Below are positions 9,070-17,640 of a stretch of DNA of 64,000 bases, piece after piece. The notes under the pieces were generated by a model. It saw only the letters and a program-made list of their open reading frames with translations. It did not search any database and was not told the origin of the DNA. The position numbers were made by a program, and so were the translations under genes. Each line of letters starts with the position of its first letter. The first letter of the stretch is position 1. This DNA is from Clostridia bacterium (GTDB lineage: Bacteria; Bacillota; Clostridia; TANB77; CAG-465), in NCBI GenBank assembly GCA_045652705.1, contig JAZRUV010000029.1:15389-79388 (forward strand), in the 5' to 3' direction.

Positions 9070-9806
9070 TGAAGTTTACTATAATAACACTTTTCCCAAG
9101 TATCATAAATGAATATATTTCTACTAGTATAATTTCAAAAGCACAAGATAAAGGGCTTGTAGAAATAGAAGTAGTAGATTTAAGACGATTTGGAAAAGGA
9201 GCAAGACGAAATGTAGACGACACAGTTTACGGCGGTGGAGATGGTATGGTTATAACAGCACCTGTACTAGATGAGGCTTTAGCTTCAATAGAAGGTATAG
9301 AAGAAGCACATATCATATACTTAAGCCCAAAGGGAAAAGTTTTAAATCAAAAAGTATCAAATGAATTGCTAGAACATAATCATATTGTATTTATAGCAGG
9401 ACATTATGAAGGTATAGATGAAAGAATATTTTCATTATACAACATACACGAATTGTCTATAGGAGACTATGTATTAACTGGTGGAGAATTACCTGCACTT
9501 GTAGTATTAGATAGTATAACACGTTTAATACCAGGTGTTATTAAAGAGGGTTCAAGACAAAATGAAAGTTTTGAAGGACTTCTTTTAGAGGAACCGCAGT
9601 ATACAAAACCTGAAGAATATAAAGGATTAAAGGTGCCTGAAGTACTTTTATCCGGAAATCACGGAAAAGTTGATGAATATAGATATGAAGAAAAACTTTA
9701 CCAAACATTAAAGAAAAGACCGGACCTATTTAAAAGATACATAAATGAAAACAAATTAGACATAAACAAAATTAATGAAATCATAACCAAGAAGGAGGGA
9801 AACTAA
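9069..9806 (+). CDS. trmD: tRNA (guanine37-N1)-methyltransferase TrmD
   Basis: TAATG overlap with rimM; TLFP...[12 protein letters not shown]...GHYEGIDER motifs. Confidence 0.9.
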   Translation: MKFTIITLFPSIINEYISTSIISKAQDKGLVEIEVVDLRRFGKGARRNVDDTVYGGGDGMVITAPVLDEALASIEGIEEAHIIYLSPKGKVLNQKVSNELLEHNHIVFIAGHYEGIDERIFSLYNIHELSIGDYVLTGGELPALVVLDSITRLIPGVIKEGSRQNESFEGLLLEEPQYTKPEEYKGLKVPEVLLSGNHGKVDEYRYEEKLYQTLKKRPDLFKRYINENKLDINKINEIITKKEGN

Positions 9807-9807
9807 A

Positions 9808-10149
9808 ATGGATATAATTAAAGCTATAGAACAAGAACAAATAAACGAAAACGTTGCTAACTTTAAAATTGGTGACCAAGTTAAAGTTCACGTTAAAATT
9901 AAAGAAGGAAACAGAGAAAGAATCCAAGTATTTGAAGGATTTGTTATAAAACGTCAAAATGCTGGTTCTAACGAAACATTTACAGTAAGAAAAATATCTT
10001 ATGGTGTAGGTGTTGAAAGAACATTCCCAGTTCATTCTAAAACAATAGATAAAATCGAAGTTGTTAGAAGTTCTAAGGTAAGACGTGCTAAATTATACTA
10101 CCTAAGAGATAGAGTAGGTAAAGCAGCTAAACCAGCTGAAAAGAAATAA
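9808..10149 (+). CDS. rplS: 50S ribosomal protein L19
   Basis: [29 protein letters not shown]...[21 protein letters not shown]. Confidence 0.9.
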   Translation: MDIIKAIEQEQINENVANFKIGDQVKVHVKIKEGNRERIQVFEGFVIKRQNAGSNETFTVRKISYGVGVERTFPVHSKTIDKIEVVRSSKVRRAKLYYLRDRVGKAAKPAEKK

Positions 10150-10261
10150 TTAGCAAATTTAAAAATATAATAAAATATTGGGGGAGCTAGAGAAATAATC
10201 TCAGGCTTCTTTTTTTGTCGAATTATGTCGACGAAAAGAAAGACTTTTTAGTAAAATTTTA

Positions 10262-10290
10262 TTGACAAACGGATGTTCTGTGAATACAAT
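10262..10290 (+). promoter_or_regulatory. sigma-A promoter: -35 TTGACA (10262-10267), 17 nt, -10 TACAAT (10285-10290)
   Basis: Consensus elements about 50 nt upstream of the Bro-N gene start. Confidence 0.5.
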
Positions 10291-10342
10291 ATAACAAATG
10301 TAAGTGTTGAAATAAACACTAATTATAGGAAGGGGTATTTAT

Positions 10343-11170
10343 ATGGAAAACAGTATTAAATTATTTGAAGACAAAAGAGTAAGAGCAGCGTGGAATGAAG
10401 ACGAGGAGAAATGGTATTTCTCTGTAATTGACATTGTTGGAGCATTAACAGATAGTGATTATCAACAAGCAAGAAATTACTGGAAATGGCTAAAAAACAA
10501 ATTAAATGAAGAGGGAAGTGAATTGGTTAGTAATACTAACCAGTTGAAAATGGAGGCTAGTGACGGAAAAATGAGATTAACAGATGTAGCAGATGTTGAA
10601 CAAATATTTAGACTTATACAGTCTATTCCTTCTAAGAAGGCAGAACCTTTTAAATTATGGCTAGCTAAAGTTGGAAAAGAAAGAATAGATGAAACTTATG
10701 ACCCTGAAATTGCTATAAATAGAGCCTTAGCAACTTATAGAAGAAAAGGTTATTCCGAATCATGGATTAACCAAAGATTAAAATCTATAGAAGTGCGCAA
10801 AGACTTTACAGATGAACTACAAAGAGTCGGAATTAACAAAAGTAAAGATTTTGCCATATTAACAAATACCTTAACACAAGTTTGGAGTGGACATACTGTA
10901 AAAGAATATAAAAATATAAAGGGACTAAAGAAAGAAAACTTAAGAGACAATATGACAAATACAGAACTAGTATTCAATATGCTCGCTGAAATTTCTTCTA
11001 CGGAAATATCAAAGTGCAAAGATAAACACGGATTTGAGGAAGCAGAGGATTCTGTTATTACAGGTGGTGGTATAGCTAAAAATGCAAGAGAACAATTAGA
11101 AAGAGTTACTGGAAAGAAAGTAATAACAGATGAAAAGCCTAAAAGAAAAGTAAAAGAATTAAGTGAATAG
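10343..11170 (+). CDS. Bro-N domain protein (phage antirepressor / DinD-like family paralog)
   Basis: N-terminal FEDKRVRAAWNEDEEKWYFSVIDIVGAL is Bro-N-like; C-terminal GGGIAKNAREQLERVTGKK resembles the DinD C-terminus; RBS aggaagggg. Confidence 0.6.
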   Translation: MENSIKLFEDKRVRAAWNEDEEKWYFSVIDIVGALTDSDYQQARNYWKWLKNKLNEEGSELVSNTNQLKMEASDGKMRLTDVADVEQIFRLIQSIPSKKAEPFKLWLAKVGKERIDETYDPEIAINRALATYRRKGYSESWINQRLKSIEVRKDFTDELQRVGINKSKDFAILTNTLTQVWSGHTVKEYKNIKGLKKENLRDNMTNTELVFNMLAEISSTEISKCKDKHGFEEAEDSVITGGGIAKNAREQLERVTGKKVITDEKPKRKVKELSE

Positions 11171-11222
11171 ACCATTTTGTTGACTTTAGCAAAATGGTTA
11201 AAGCTAGTGTATTACTAGTATA
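11171..11222 (+). pseudogene. Short out-of-frame remnant of a dinD-like gene (reads IDHFVDFSKMVKASVLLV*) directly after the stop of the Bro-N gene
   Basis: Encodes the DinD DHFV-x3-KMV motif; carries the accattttg/caaaatggt inverted repeat. Confidence 0.4.
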
Positions 11223-11236
11223 GAAGGGGTGGATTT

Positions 11237-12199
11237 ATGGAAGATGATAATATAATAGTTCAAAATGAAACATCAAGTAAAGATATTAAAAGCTTAATTT
11301 ATACAGTAAGAGGAAAGCAAGTGATGTTAGATAAGGATGTTGCAATGTTGTATGATTACCCTACTAAAAGAATAAATGAAACTGTAAGTAGAAACAAGCA
11401 AAGATTTCCTCAAAATTTTTGTTTCCAATTAACTACTGAAGAATATGAAGTTTTGCTAAACAAAAATTTAAATTCAAATAATGATAAAATACAAAAGATA
11501 GTAGTAAAGAATTCTTTAAGGTCGCAAATTGCGACCTTAAACGAAGAAACAAAAAGAGGTAAACATAGAAAATACTTGCCATACGTTTTTACAGAACAGG
11601 GTATAGCAATGCTATCTGGATTATTAAAAAATGATATAGCAATTCAAGTTAGCATAAATATAATGAATACATTTGTAGAAATGCGCAAGTTTTTAATGCT
11701 TAATGGACAAGTCTTTGAAAGACTAACTAGCATAGAATATAAATTATTAGACTATGATAAAAAGTTTGATAAGGTTTTTGACCAATTGCAACTTGAAGAA
11801 AATATTAAGCAAAGAATATTTTTCGACGGCCAAATTTATGATGCATATAGTCTTGTTCTAGATATTATAAAGAAAGCCAATAAAGAAATTTTAATTATAG
11901 ATAATTATATTGATGATAGTGTTTTAAAGATGCTTGCGAAAAAGAAAAACAATGTATTGGTAACTATTTTGACATCACTTAAAAGCAATATTCAAAACTT
12001 GGATGTTCAAAAATTCAATTTAGAGTATCCGGCTATAAAAATTTTAAAGACAAATAAATTTCATGATAGATTTATAGTAATTGACAGTAAAGAAATGTAC
12101 CACTTAGGAGCATCTATAAAAGATCTAGGTAAGAAATGCTTTGGAATTAATAAAATAGAAGATATAGAAATTATACAAAAGATTATCAGCATTAAATAA
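11237..12199 (+). CDS. ORF6N-domain protein (phage KilA-N/antirepressor-associated DNA-binding family)
   Basis: VRGKQVMLDKDVAMLYDYPTKRINETVSRNKQRFPQNFCFQLTTEEYE is an ORF6N signature; RBS gaagggg. Confidence 0.6.
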   Translation: MEDDNIIVQNETSSKDIKSLIYTVRGKQVMLDKDVAMLYDYPTKRINETVSRNKQRFPQNFCFQLTTEEYEVLLNKNLNSNNDKIQKIVVKNSLRSQIATLNEETKRGKHRKYLPYVFTEQGIAMLSGLLKNDIAIQVSINIMNTFVEMRKFLMLNGQVFERLTSIEYKLLDYDKKFDKVFDQLQLEENIKQRIFFDGQIYDAYSLVLDIIKKANKEILIIDNYIDDSVLKMLAKKKNNVLVTILTSLKSNIQNLDVQKFNLEYPAIKILKTNKFHDRFIVIDSKEMYHLGASIKDLGKKCFGINKIEDIEIIQKIISIK

Positions 12200-12255
12200 C
12201 TATAAAATCTTGACAGTTAACGGCTTGTGTTACGCGATAGTGACGTGTATAACAG

Positions 12256-12368
12256 GGGGTGGAATAGCAAAAAATATCAGAGAACAGTTAGAAAGAGTTA
12301 TTGGAAAGAAAGTAATAACTGAAGAAAAGCCAAAATGAAATGTAAAAGAGCTAAACAAGTAATTTTAT
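12256..12368 (+). pseudogene. Duplicated, 5'-truncated copy of the 3' end of the Bro-N gene (about 85% identical to 11065-11170) with a premature TGA
   Basis: Direct alignment to 11065-11185: GGIAKNIREQLERVIGKKVITEEKPK*NVKELNK*; followed again by the tagaccattttgtt junction. Confidence 0.55.
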
Positions 12369-12479
12369 AGACCATTTTGTTCAAATGGATAAAATGCTCA
12401 AAGGCTTGATAGAAGTGAAGCAGAGGGGAAGTAGTATAAACAATAAACATTAATTAACTTTCAAAAGGAGGAATATATA

Positions 12480-13298
12480 ATGAAAGTGTTAAAGGATGGA
12501 AAGTATAAAAATTTTGAAGATATAAAAAACATAAGGGAAGATGGAACTGAGTTTTGGTATGGTAGAGATTTAGCAAAAGTATTGCAATATGTAGAATGGA
12601 GAAATTTTGTTAAAGTAATTAATAAGGCGAAAAGCGCTTGTGAAAATAGTAGAAGAAATATATTAGACCATTTTGTTGAGGTCAACAAAATGGTCCGAAT
12701 AGGCAGTAATACTGAAAGAGAACTGTTAGACTATGGACTTTCTAGATATGCTTGTTATCTTATTGTGCAAAATGGAGACCCTAAGAAAGAAGTAATTGCC
12801 CTTGCACAAACATACTTTGCAATTCAAACCAGAAAACAAGAAATTAGTGAGAAAGAATACAGTTTGTTAACTGAAGATGAAAAAAGATTATATAATAGAA
12901 ATTTAACAAGAAAAGGTAACTATTCTCTTAATCAAACTGCTAAAAATGCAGGAGTTAAAAATTTTGATAAATTTCATAATGCTGGTTACAAAGGATTGTA
13001 TAATGGAGAAACTGCAGATGATATTGCTAAAAGAAAAGGCTTGAGATATAGAGAAGATATATTAGATAATATGGGAAGTGATGAGCTAATAGTAAATCTG
13101 TTTAGAATATCTCAAACAGAACAAAGTTTAAAAAGGGAGAATGTAAAAACTGAAAACAAAGCAAATAGTACTCATTATAACATTGGAAAGAACATTAGAG
13201 AAGTAATTGCTAAAAATGGTGGAACAATGCCTGAAGATTTGCCAACACCAAAAAAGAGTTTAAAAGAATTGGAAAAAGAGAGTAAATTAGTTAAATAA
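12480..13298 (+). CDS. dinD: DNA-damage-inducible protein D homolog (DinD family, Bro-N domain)
   Basis: FWYGRDLAKVLQYVEWRNFVKVINKAKSACE...DHFVEVNKMVRIGS...LSRYACYLIVQNGDPKK...AQTYFAIQTRKQE is collinear with E. coli DinD. Confidence 0.75.
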   Translation: MKVLKDGKYKNFEDIKNIREDGTEFWYGRDLAKVLQYVEWRNFVKVINKAKSACENSRRNILDHFVEVNKMVRIGSNTERELLDYGLSRYACYLIVQNGDPKKEVIALAQTYFAIQTRKQEISEKEYSLLTEDEKRLYNRNLTRKGNYSLNQTAKNAGVKNFDKFHNAGYKGLYNGETADDIAKRKGLRYREDILDNMGSDELIVNLFRISQTEQSLKRENVKTENKANSTHYNIGKNIREVIAKNGGTMPEDLPTPKKSLKELEKESKLVK

Positions 13299-13353
13299 AA
13301 ACGGATTTTGTTTTGACTGGTATCATTTTTAAAAGAAATAAAATATGAAAATC

Positions 13354-13382
13354 TTGACTTTTAGCGCTATATATACTATAAT
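13354..13382 (+). promoter_or_regulatory. Promoter of ncRNA unit 1: -35 TTGACT (13354-13359), 17 nt, -10 TATAAT (13377-13382)
   Basis: Consensus sigma-A elements; the same aaaatcttgac context is found at unit 2. Confidence 0.6.
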
Positions 13383-13388
13383 AATTAA

Positions 13389-13866
13389 CGTAAAAAGATT
13401 TTGTTGGTACTTATTATGTATCAAGTTGGTATTAGAGCTAAGATTGTGTGGCCACCCACATTTGAAACTACTATCGTCCAGACCGGATGTGAGGGCTCTT
13501 CGTGGGATACAGTGAACCTGGACAGGTTTATTTAGCCTCTACTGCGGGGGACCGTGCGTAGCTAGCTATGCTGATTCTATCGTGAGCAACCATGCATAGT
13601 AAGGCAGTTAGGCAATCTAGCTTTGATATAATTTTACTGAGATATCGGGCGCTTTAGCGATATCAAGGTAGTGATGGTAGATAACGTGGGAAGTTATCAT
13701 ACCAGCGGGGAAGACTTTGCAAAGCTGTACTATATGAAAATCATTTCCGGAAGTGGTTTTCACGAATAACGTATAGCTCCTCATGGCAATAGGAATTCCC
13801 AGTTCCTAGCCGATAGTCTATAAAGCAGGAAATGAGCACCACCAAAACCGAGTGGTGCCTTTTTCT
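13389..13866 (+). ncRNA. Large structured ncRNA, tandem unit 1 (about 480 nt; family not identified)
   Basis: Own promoter and intrinsic terminator (gcaccacc/ggtggtgc plus T-tract, 13836-13866). The GC-rich 5' domain 13447-13612 is enclosed by a long-range helix (13419-13446 with 13613-13628). The conserved 3' domain 13613-13830 is near-identical to unit 2. No ORF. Confidence 0.6.
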
Positions 13867-13917
13867 ATACAAAATACGCTAAAAGACTGTCAATGAAACA
13901 AGAAAAATTTTAAAATC

Positions 13918-13946
13918 TTGACATTTTACGGTTTGAGTTGTATAAT
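13918..13946 (+). promoter_or_regulatory. Promoter of ncRNA unit 2: -35 TTGACA (13918-13923), 17 nt, -10 TATAAT (13941-13946)
   Basis: Consensus elements read directly from the sequence. Confidence 0.6.
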
Positions 13947-13952
13947 AATTAA

Positions 13953-14483
13953 TGTAAAAATATTTTGCTGATACTAATTATGTATCAAGATAATTGTTAT
14001 TAGAGCTAAAGGTTGTGTGGCCCCTGAACGGAAGCGACTTGAACCGGAGTGCACGCTAGTTCAGACTGCAACAAGTAGGGATTAGTGATTCTTGCTGCAA
14101 GAATCTTTAGGCTTTTATTTCGTTAAGACGTTATAGAGTCTATAATGCCGCTGCTGCGTGGGAACGTACGTATCACGGTTTTGTGTCTAGCGAATGACAG
14201 TGTGTCTAGAGACAGGTCTGTGAGCAATCTAGCTTTGATATAACTTTACTGAGATATCGGACGCTTTAGCGATATCAAGGTAGTGATGGTAGATAACGTG
14301 GGAAGTTATCATAACCAGCGGGGAAGACTTTGCAAAGCTGTACTATATGAAAATCATTTCCGGAAGTGGTTTTCACGAATAACGTATAGCTCCTCGTGGC
14401 AATAGGAATTCCCAGTTCCTAGCCGATAGTCTATAAAGCAGAATTGAGCACCGCCGTCCGTAATCGAGCGGTGCCTTTTCTTA
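13953..14483 (+). ncRNA. Large structured ncRNA, tandem unit 2 (about 530 nt)
   Basis: Same architecture as unit 1: conserved 5' leader (tatgtatcaag...tagagctaaag), a unit-specific GC-rich insert of about 200 nt (14017-14224), a conserved 3' domain, and terminator gcaccgc...gcggtgc plus T-tract (14448-14483). Confidence 0.6.
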
Positions 14484-14509
14484 TTTAAAACACATATGCT
14501 GTTAAAGAC

Positions 14510-14538
14510 TTGACATAATTACATTGATAGTGTATAAT
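14510..14538 (+). promoter_or_regulatory. Promoter of ncRNA unit 3: -35 TTGACA (14510-14515), 17 nt, -10 TATAAT (14533-14538)
   Basis: Consensus elements read directly from the sequence. Confidence 0.6.
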
Positions 14539-14544
14539 GTATCT

Positions 14545-14913
14545 ACGCTTAAACATTAGTTGATACTAACTATGTATCAAATGTATGTTAAAGCTAAAGT
14601 TGTTAGACGTCGACCCCTGGCGGGCCAGCCGTGACTAACGGTTTCCGAGCGTCTCTTCCGTGGGCAACCGGGCGTAGATGTGAACTTGAATAAAGTTTAC
14701 ATACAACTTAGCTTTGATATAAACCTGGTTCGAAAGTTTGGCCAGATGAGTAAAACCAGTCGGGGGAGACGGCAAAGTTGTACTATGTTAAATTCTAGCT
14801 AGCGAGAATTTTTACGAATAACGTACAACCCCTCATGGAAGTTATAGCTGAATATTCGGCTCAATGTTCCAAATGTCTATAAAGCAGAAAAGGTTCCATC
14901 AGTAAGCTGATGG
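14545..14913 (+). ncRNA. Large structured ncRNA, tandem unit 3 (about 370 nt, diverged member)
   Basis: Keeps the family motifs (tatgtatcaa, aaagctaaag, agctttgatataa, ggcaaagttgtactatg, ttacgaataacgtaca, gtctataaagcag). Two helices are maintained by compensatory changes relative to units 1 and 2. Terminator ccatcag/ctgatgg plus T-tract ends near 14913. Confidence 0.55.
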
Positions 14914-14990
14914 GGCCGTTTTCTATTCATCAGAATGTTGAAAATTATCGTAAATTGTGTTAAACTATATATCACGTTAAGGAGAAAAAC

Positions 14991-16394
14991 ATGGTATTTA
15001 GTAGCGCAATTTTTTTGTTTGGTTTTTTACCACTTTTGTTAGGGTTGTATTTCCTTGCAAAAGATAAATTTAGAAATTATATATTACTAGCATTTAGCTT
15101 AATATTTTATGGTTTTGGTGGACCAAAACTTTTAGTAATGATGATTGCAGTAGTAATTATAGACTATATTGCGGCAATATTATTAGACAAATATACAAGT
15201 AATAAAATTAGAAAACTTGTAATTATACTTACAGTAGGTTTAAACATTGGAACGCTATTTTATTTTAAATATATGGGATTTACAGTAAGTGTTATAAACA
15301 GGCTTGCAAGTTTAAATATTCCAGTACCGGAAATAGTTTTGCCAATTGGAATATCTTTTTATACATTCCAAGCAATGAGCTATGTTATAGATGTGTATAG
15401 AAAAGAAGTTAAAGCACAGAAAAATCTGTTTAATGTACTACTTTATGTAAGTATGTTTCCACAACTTGTTGCAGGACCAATTGTTAGATATAAAACTGTA
15501 GCAGAAGAAATAGAAAAACGTAAAGTTACATTAGCTACATTTACTTTAGGTTTAGAAAGATTTATATTTGGACTTGCTAAAAAGTTAATTATAGCAAACA
15601 ATACGGGAAAGTTAGCTGATGTAATATTTGAAGCGGAGACCATAGCAACGCCGCTTGCTTGGCTTGGTGCCGTAGCTTATGCATTACAAATCTATTTTGA
15701 TTTTTCTGCATATTCAGACATGGCAATAGGTTTGGGAAGAATGTTTGGATTTAATTTTGAAGAAAACTTTAATTACCCATACATTTCCAAAACTGTTACA
15801 GAGTTTTGGAGAAGATGGCATATATCTTTATCTACGTGGTTTAGAGATTATGTGTATATTCCGCTTGGAGGAAATAGAAAAGGCATAAAACGTCAAATAC
15901 TTAATCTATTGATAGTATGGAGTCTAACAGGTATTTGGCATGGGGCAGCTGCAAACTTCCTTTTATGGGGATTATATTATTTTGCATTCCTAATGTTAGA
16001 AAAACTAGTACTAAAGAAATGGTTAGACAAGCTACCAAATTTTGTAGGACATATATATACATTATTTGTAGTTTTAATTGGCTGGGTGTTATTTAGAGCT
16101 GAAGGACTTACACAGTGTGGTCGTATGCTTAAAGCACTATTTGTGCCACAAATGACTACAGTTGCTATGCAACAACTAGGAATATATCTAGAAAGTTATG
16201 GAGTATATCTAGGACTTGGGATATTACTATCCATACCAGTATTCCCTAAAGTTAAAGATTGGATACAAACAAAATTTAAACAAAGCACAGTTGTAAATGT
16301 GGTGTATTATATGTTTGTTCTAGGAATATTTGCGTTAGGTATTATCTTCTTGTCGCAGGCTACGTATAATCCATTTATATACTTTAGGTTTTAG
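14991..16394 (+). CDS. MBOAT-family membrane-bound O-acyltransferase (AlgI/DltB-like)
   Basis: 467 aa, multi-TM; FRDYVYIPLGGNR...W..TGIWHGA conserved His region of MBOAT. Confidence 0.85.
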   Translation: MVFSSAIFLFGFLPLLLGLYFLAKDKFRNYILLAFSLIFYGFGGPKLLVMMIAVVIIDYIAAILLDKYTSNKIRKLVIILTVGLNIGTLFYFKYMGFTVSVINRLASLNIPVPEIVLPIGISFYTFQAMSYVIDVYRKEVKAQKNLFNVLLYVSMFPQLVAGPIVRYKTVAEEIEKRKVTLATFTLGLERFIFGLAKKLIIANNTGKLADVIFEAETIATPLAWLGAVAYALQIYFDFSAYSDMAIGLGRMFGFNFEENFNYPYISKTVTEFWRRWHISLSTWFRDYVYIPLGGNRKGIKRQILNLLIVWSLTGIWHGAAANFLLWGLYYFAFLMLEKLVLKKWLDKLPNFVGHIYTLFVVLIGWVLFRAEGLTQCGRMLKALFVPQMTTVAMQQLGIYLESYGVYLGLGILLSIPVFPKVKDWIQTKFKQSTVVNVVYYMFVLGIFALGIIFLSQATYNPFIYFRF

Positions 16395-16403
16395 GGGTGA
16401 GTT

Positions 16404-17576
16404 ATGAACAAAAAAGAAAGAATAATACAAATATGTTTTTGTACAGTATTTATGCTTGTTATATCTGTTATGGGAATACTTACTCTTATGAATAACAAAA
16501 CCACAAGCAAAAAAGAAGGTAGAAAGCTTACCACTTTTCCAAAAATAACATTATCTAGTTTGAAAAAAGATGATTTTTATACAGAATATACAAATGCCTT
16601 TGCAGACCAATTGGCATTTAGAGAAGAGTTAATAAAATATTATTATTTATTTAATCTTCAAAGGTACGTTGGGGATGTTATAAAAGGAGAAGATAACCAA
16701 CTATTTTTATCACCGTTAATTATAGAAAATGAGGAAAGTTATGTAAAAAAACTTACAAACGTAATTAAGAATGAAATGGCTGATGTAGCAAAAGATGTGA
16801 CAGATGCTAGTTCAAAATTTATTTTCATATCTATACCTAGAAAAGATGTATTAATGGATAAATATCTACCAGATACATATATAAAAGGAACAGAAGCATA
16901 TTTAGAGCATGTAAATATAGTAAAAGAAAATGTTTCTAGAAATATAGAAGTGTGGGATGCATATGAATTGCTTAAAGATAATGTGGAAAGCCCATTTTAT
17001 ACAACAGACCATCATATGAATATTAGTGGTGCATATAAAATATTTGAAGAGATTATACGAAAAATTAATAAAGATGGATATGACATTCATCTTGGAACTT
17101 TACAAGATGAGTTTGAAATTAAATCACAAGTTTTAAATGGTTCGTATAACAGAAAAATAGGCCAAAGTGTTGATGCTGGTGAAGAAGAGTTAAATCTAAT
17201 ATACAAAAACAGTAAACTAGAGTATATAAGAAAAGATAATGGAGAAGTAGTAAACATTCCAATATTCGGAACAGGAAATACATATGCGTCAGCCTATATG
17301 GGAGATGACTATGCAGAAACAGTAGTTACTACTAACAATGAAGGTGCGCCAAACATATTGTTTGTAGGTTCTTCATATACGAACATACTAGAATCATTAT
17401 CTGTATGTAAATTTAGAACAATGGTTTCAATAGATTATAGGCATAATGTGACAGGAAAAACAATTGCTGACTATGTAAAAGAATATGATATAGACTACAC
17501 AATATTTATTTGTGCACAACAAACAGATTCGTTATCTGTATCTTCAATAAAAGAGCATTTAGGCCTAAAAAAATAA
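16404..17576 (+). CDS. DHHW-family protein (AlgJ/PatB-like partner of MBOAT; putative polysaccharide or cell-wall O-acetylation)
   Basis: N-terminal signal anchor; FYTTDHHMNISGAYKIFEEI matches the DHHW motif; immediately downstream of the MBOAT gene. Confidence 0.7.
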   Translation: MNKKERIIQICFCTVFMLVISVMGILTLMNNKTTSKKEGRKLTTFPKITLSSLKKDDFYTEYTNAFADQLAFREELIKYYYLFNLQRYVGDVIKGEDNQLFLSPLIIENEESYVKKLTNVIKNEMADVAKDVTDASSKFIFISIPRKDVLMDKYLPDTYIKGTEAYLEHVNIVKENVSRNIEVWDAYELLKDNVESPFYTTDHHMNISGAYKIFEEIIRKINKDGYDIHLGTLQDEFEIKSQVLNGSYNRKIGQSVDAGEEELNLIYKNSKLEYIRKDNGEVVNIPIFGTGNTYASAYMGDDYAETVVTTNNEGAPNILFVGSSYTNILESLSVCKFRTMVSIDYRHNVTGKTIADYVKEYDIDYTIFICAQQTDSLSVSSIKEHLGLKK

Positions 17577-17582
17577 TATAAA

Positions 17583-17636
17583 ATAAAAACAACCATCATA
17601 ATACATTTTGTAAAACATACAATGTATTAGGGTGGT
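17583..17636 (+). terminator. Long hairpin terminator after the MBOAT-DHHW pair (aaccatcataatacatt...aatgtattagggtggttttt)
   Basis: 17-bp stem with 2 mismatches, then a T-tract; the 3' arm overlaps the RBS of the next gene. Confidence 0.5.
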
Positions 17637-17640
17637 TTTT

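Noticed and set aside
10200-13300. Intact prophage
   Set aside because: Only Bro-N, ORF6N and DinD-type DNA-binding genes are present, plus fragments. There is no integrase, terminase, portal, capsid or lysis gene and no attachment-site repeats.
13300-14950. Possible CRISPR array or simple tandem repeat
   Set aside because: The units are 370-530 nt each, with their own promoters and terminators and long unique inserts. There are no short direct repeats with spacer periodicity and no cas genes.
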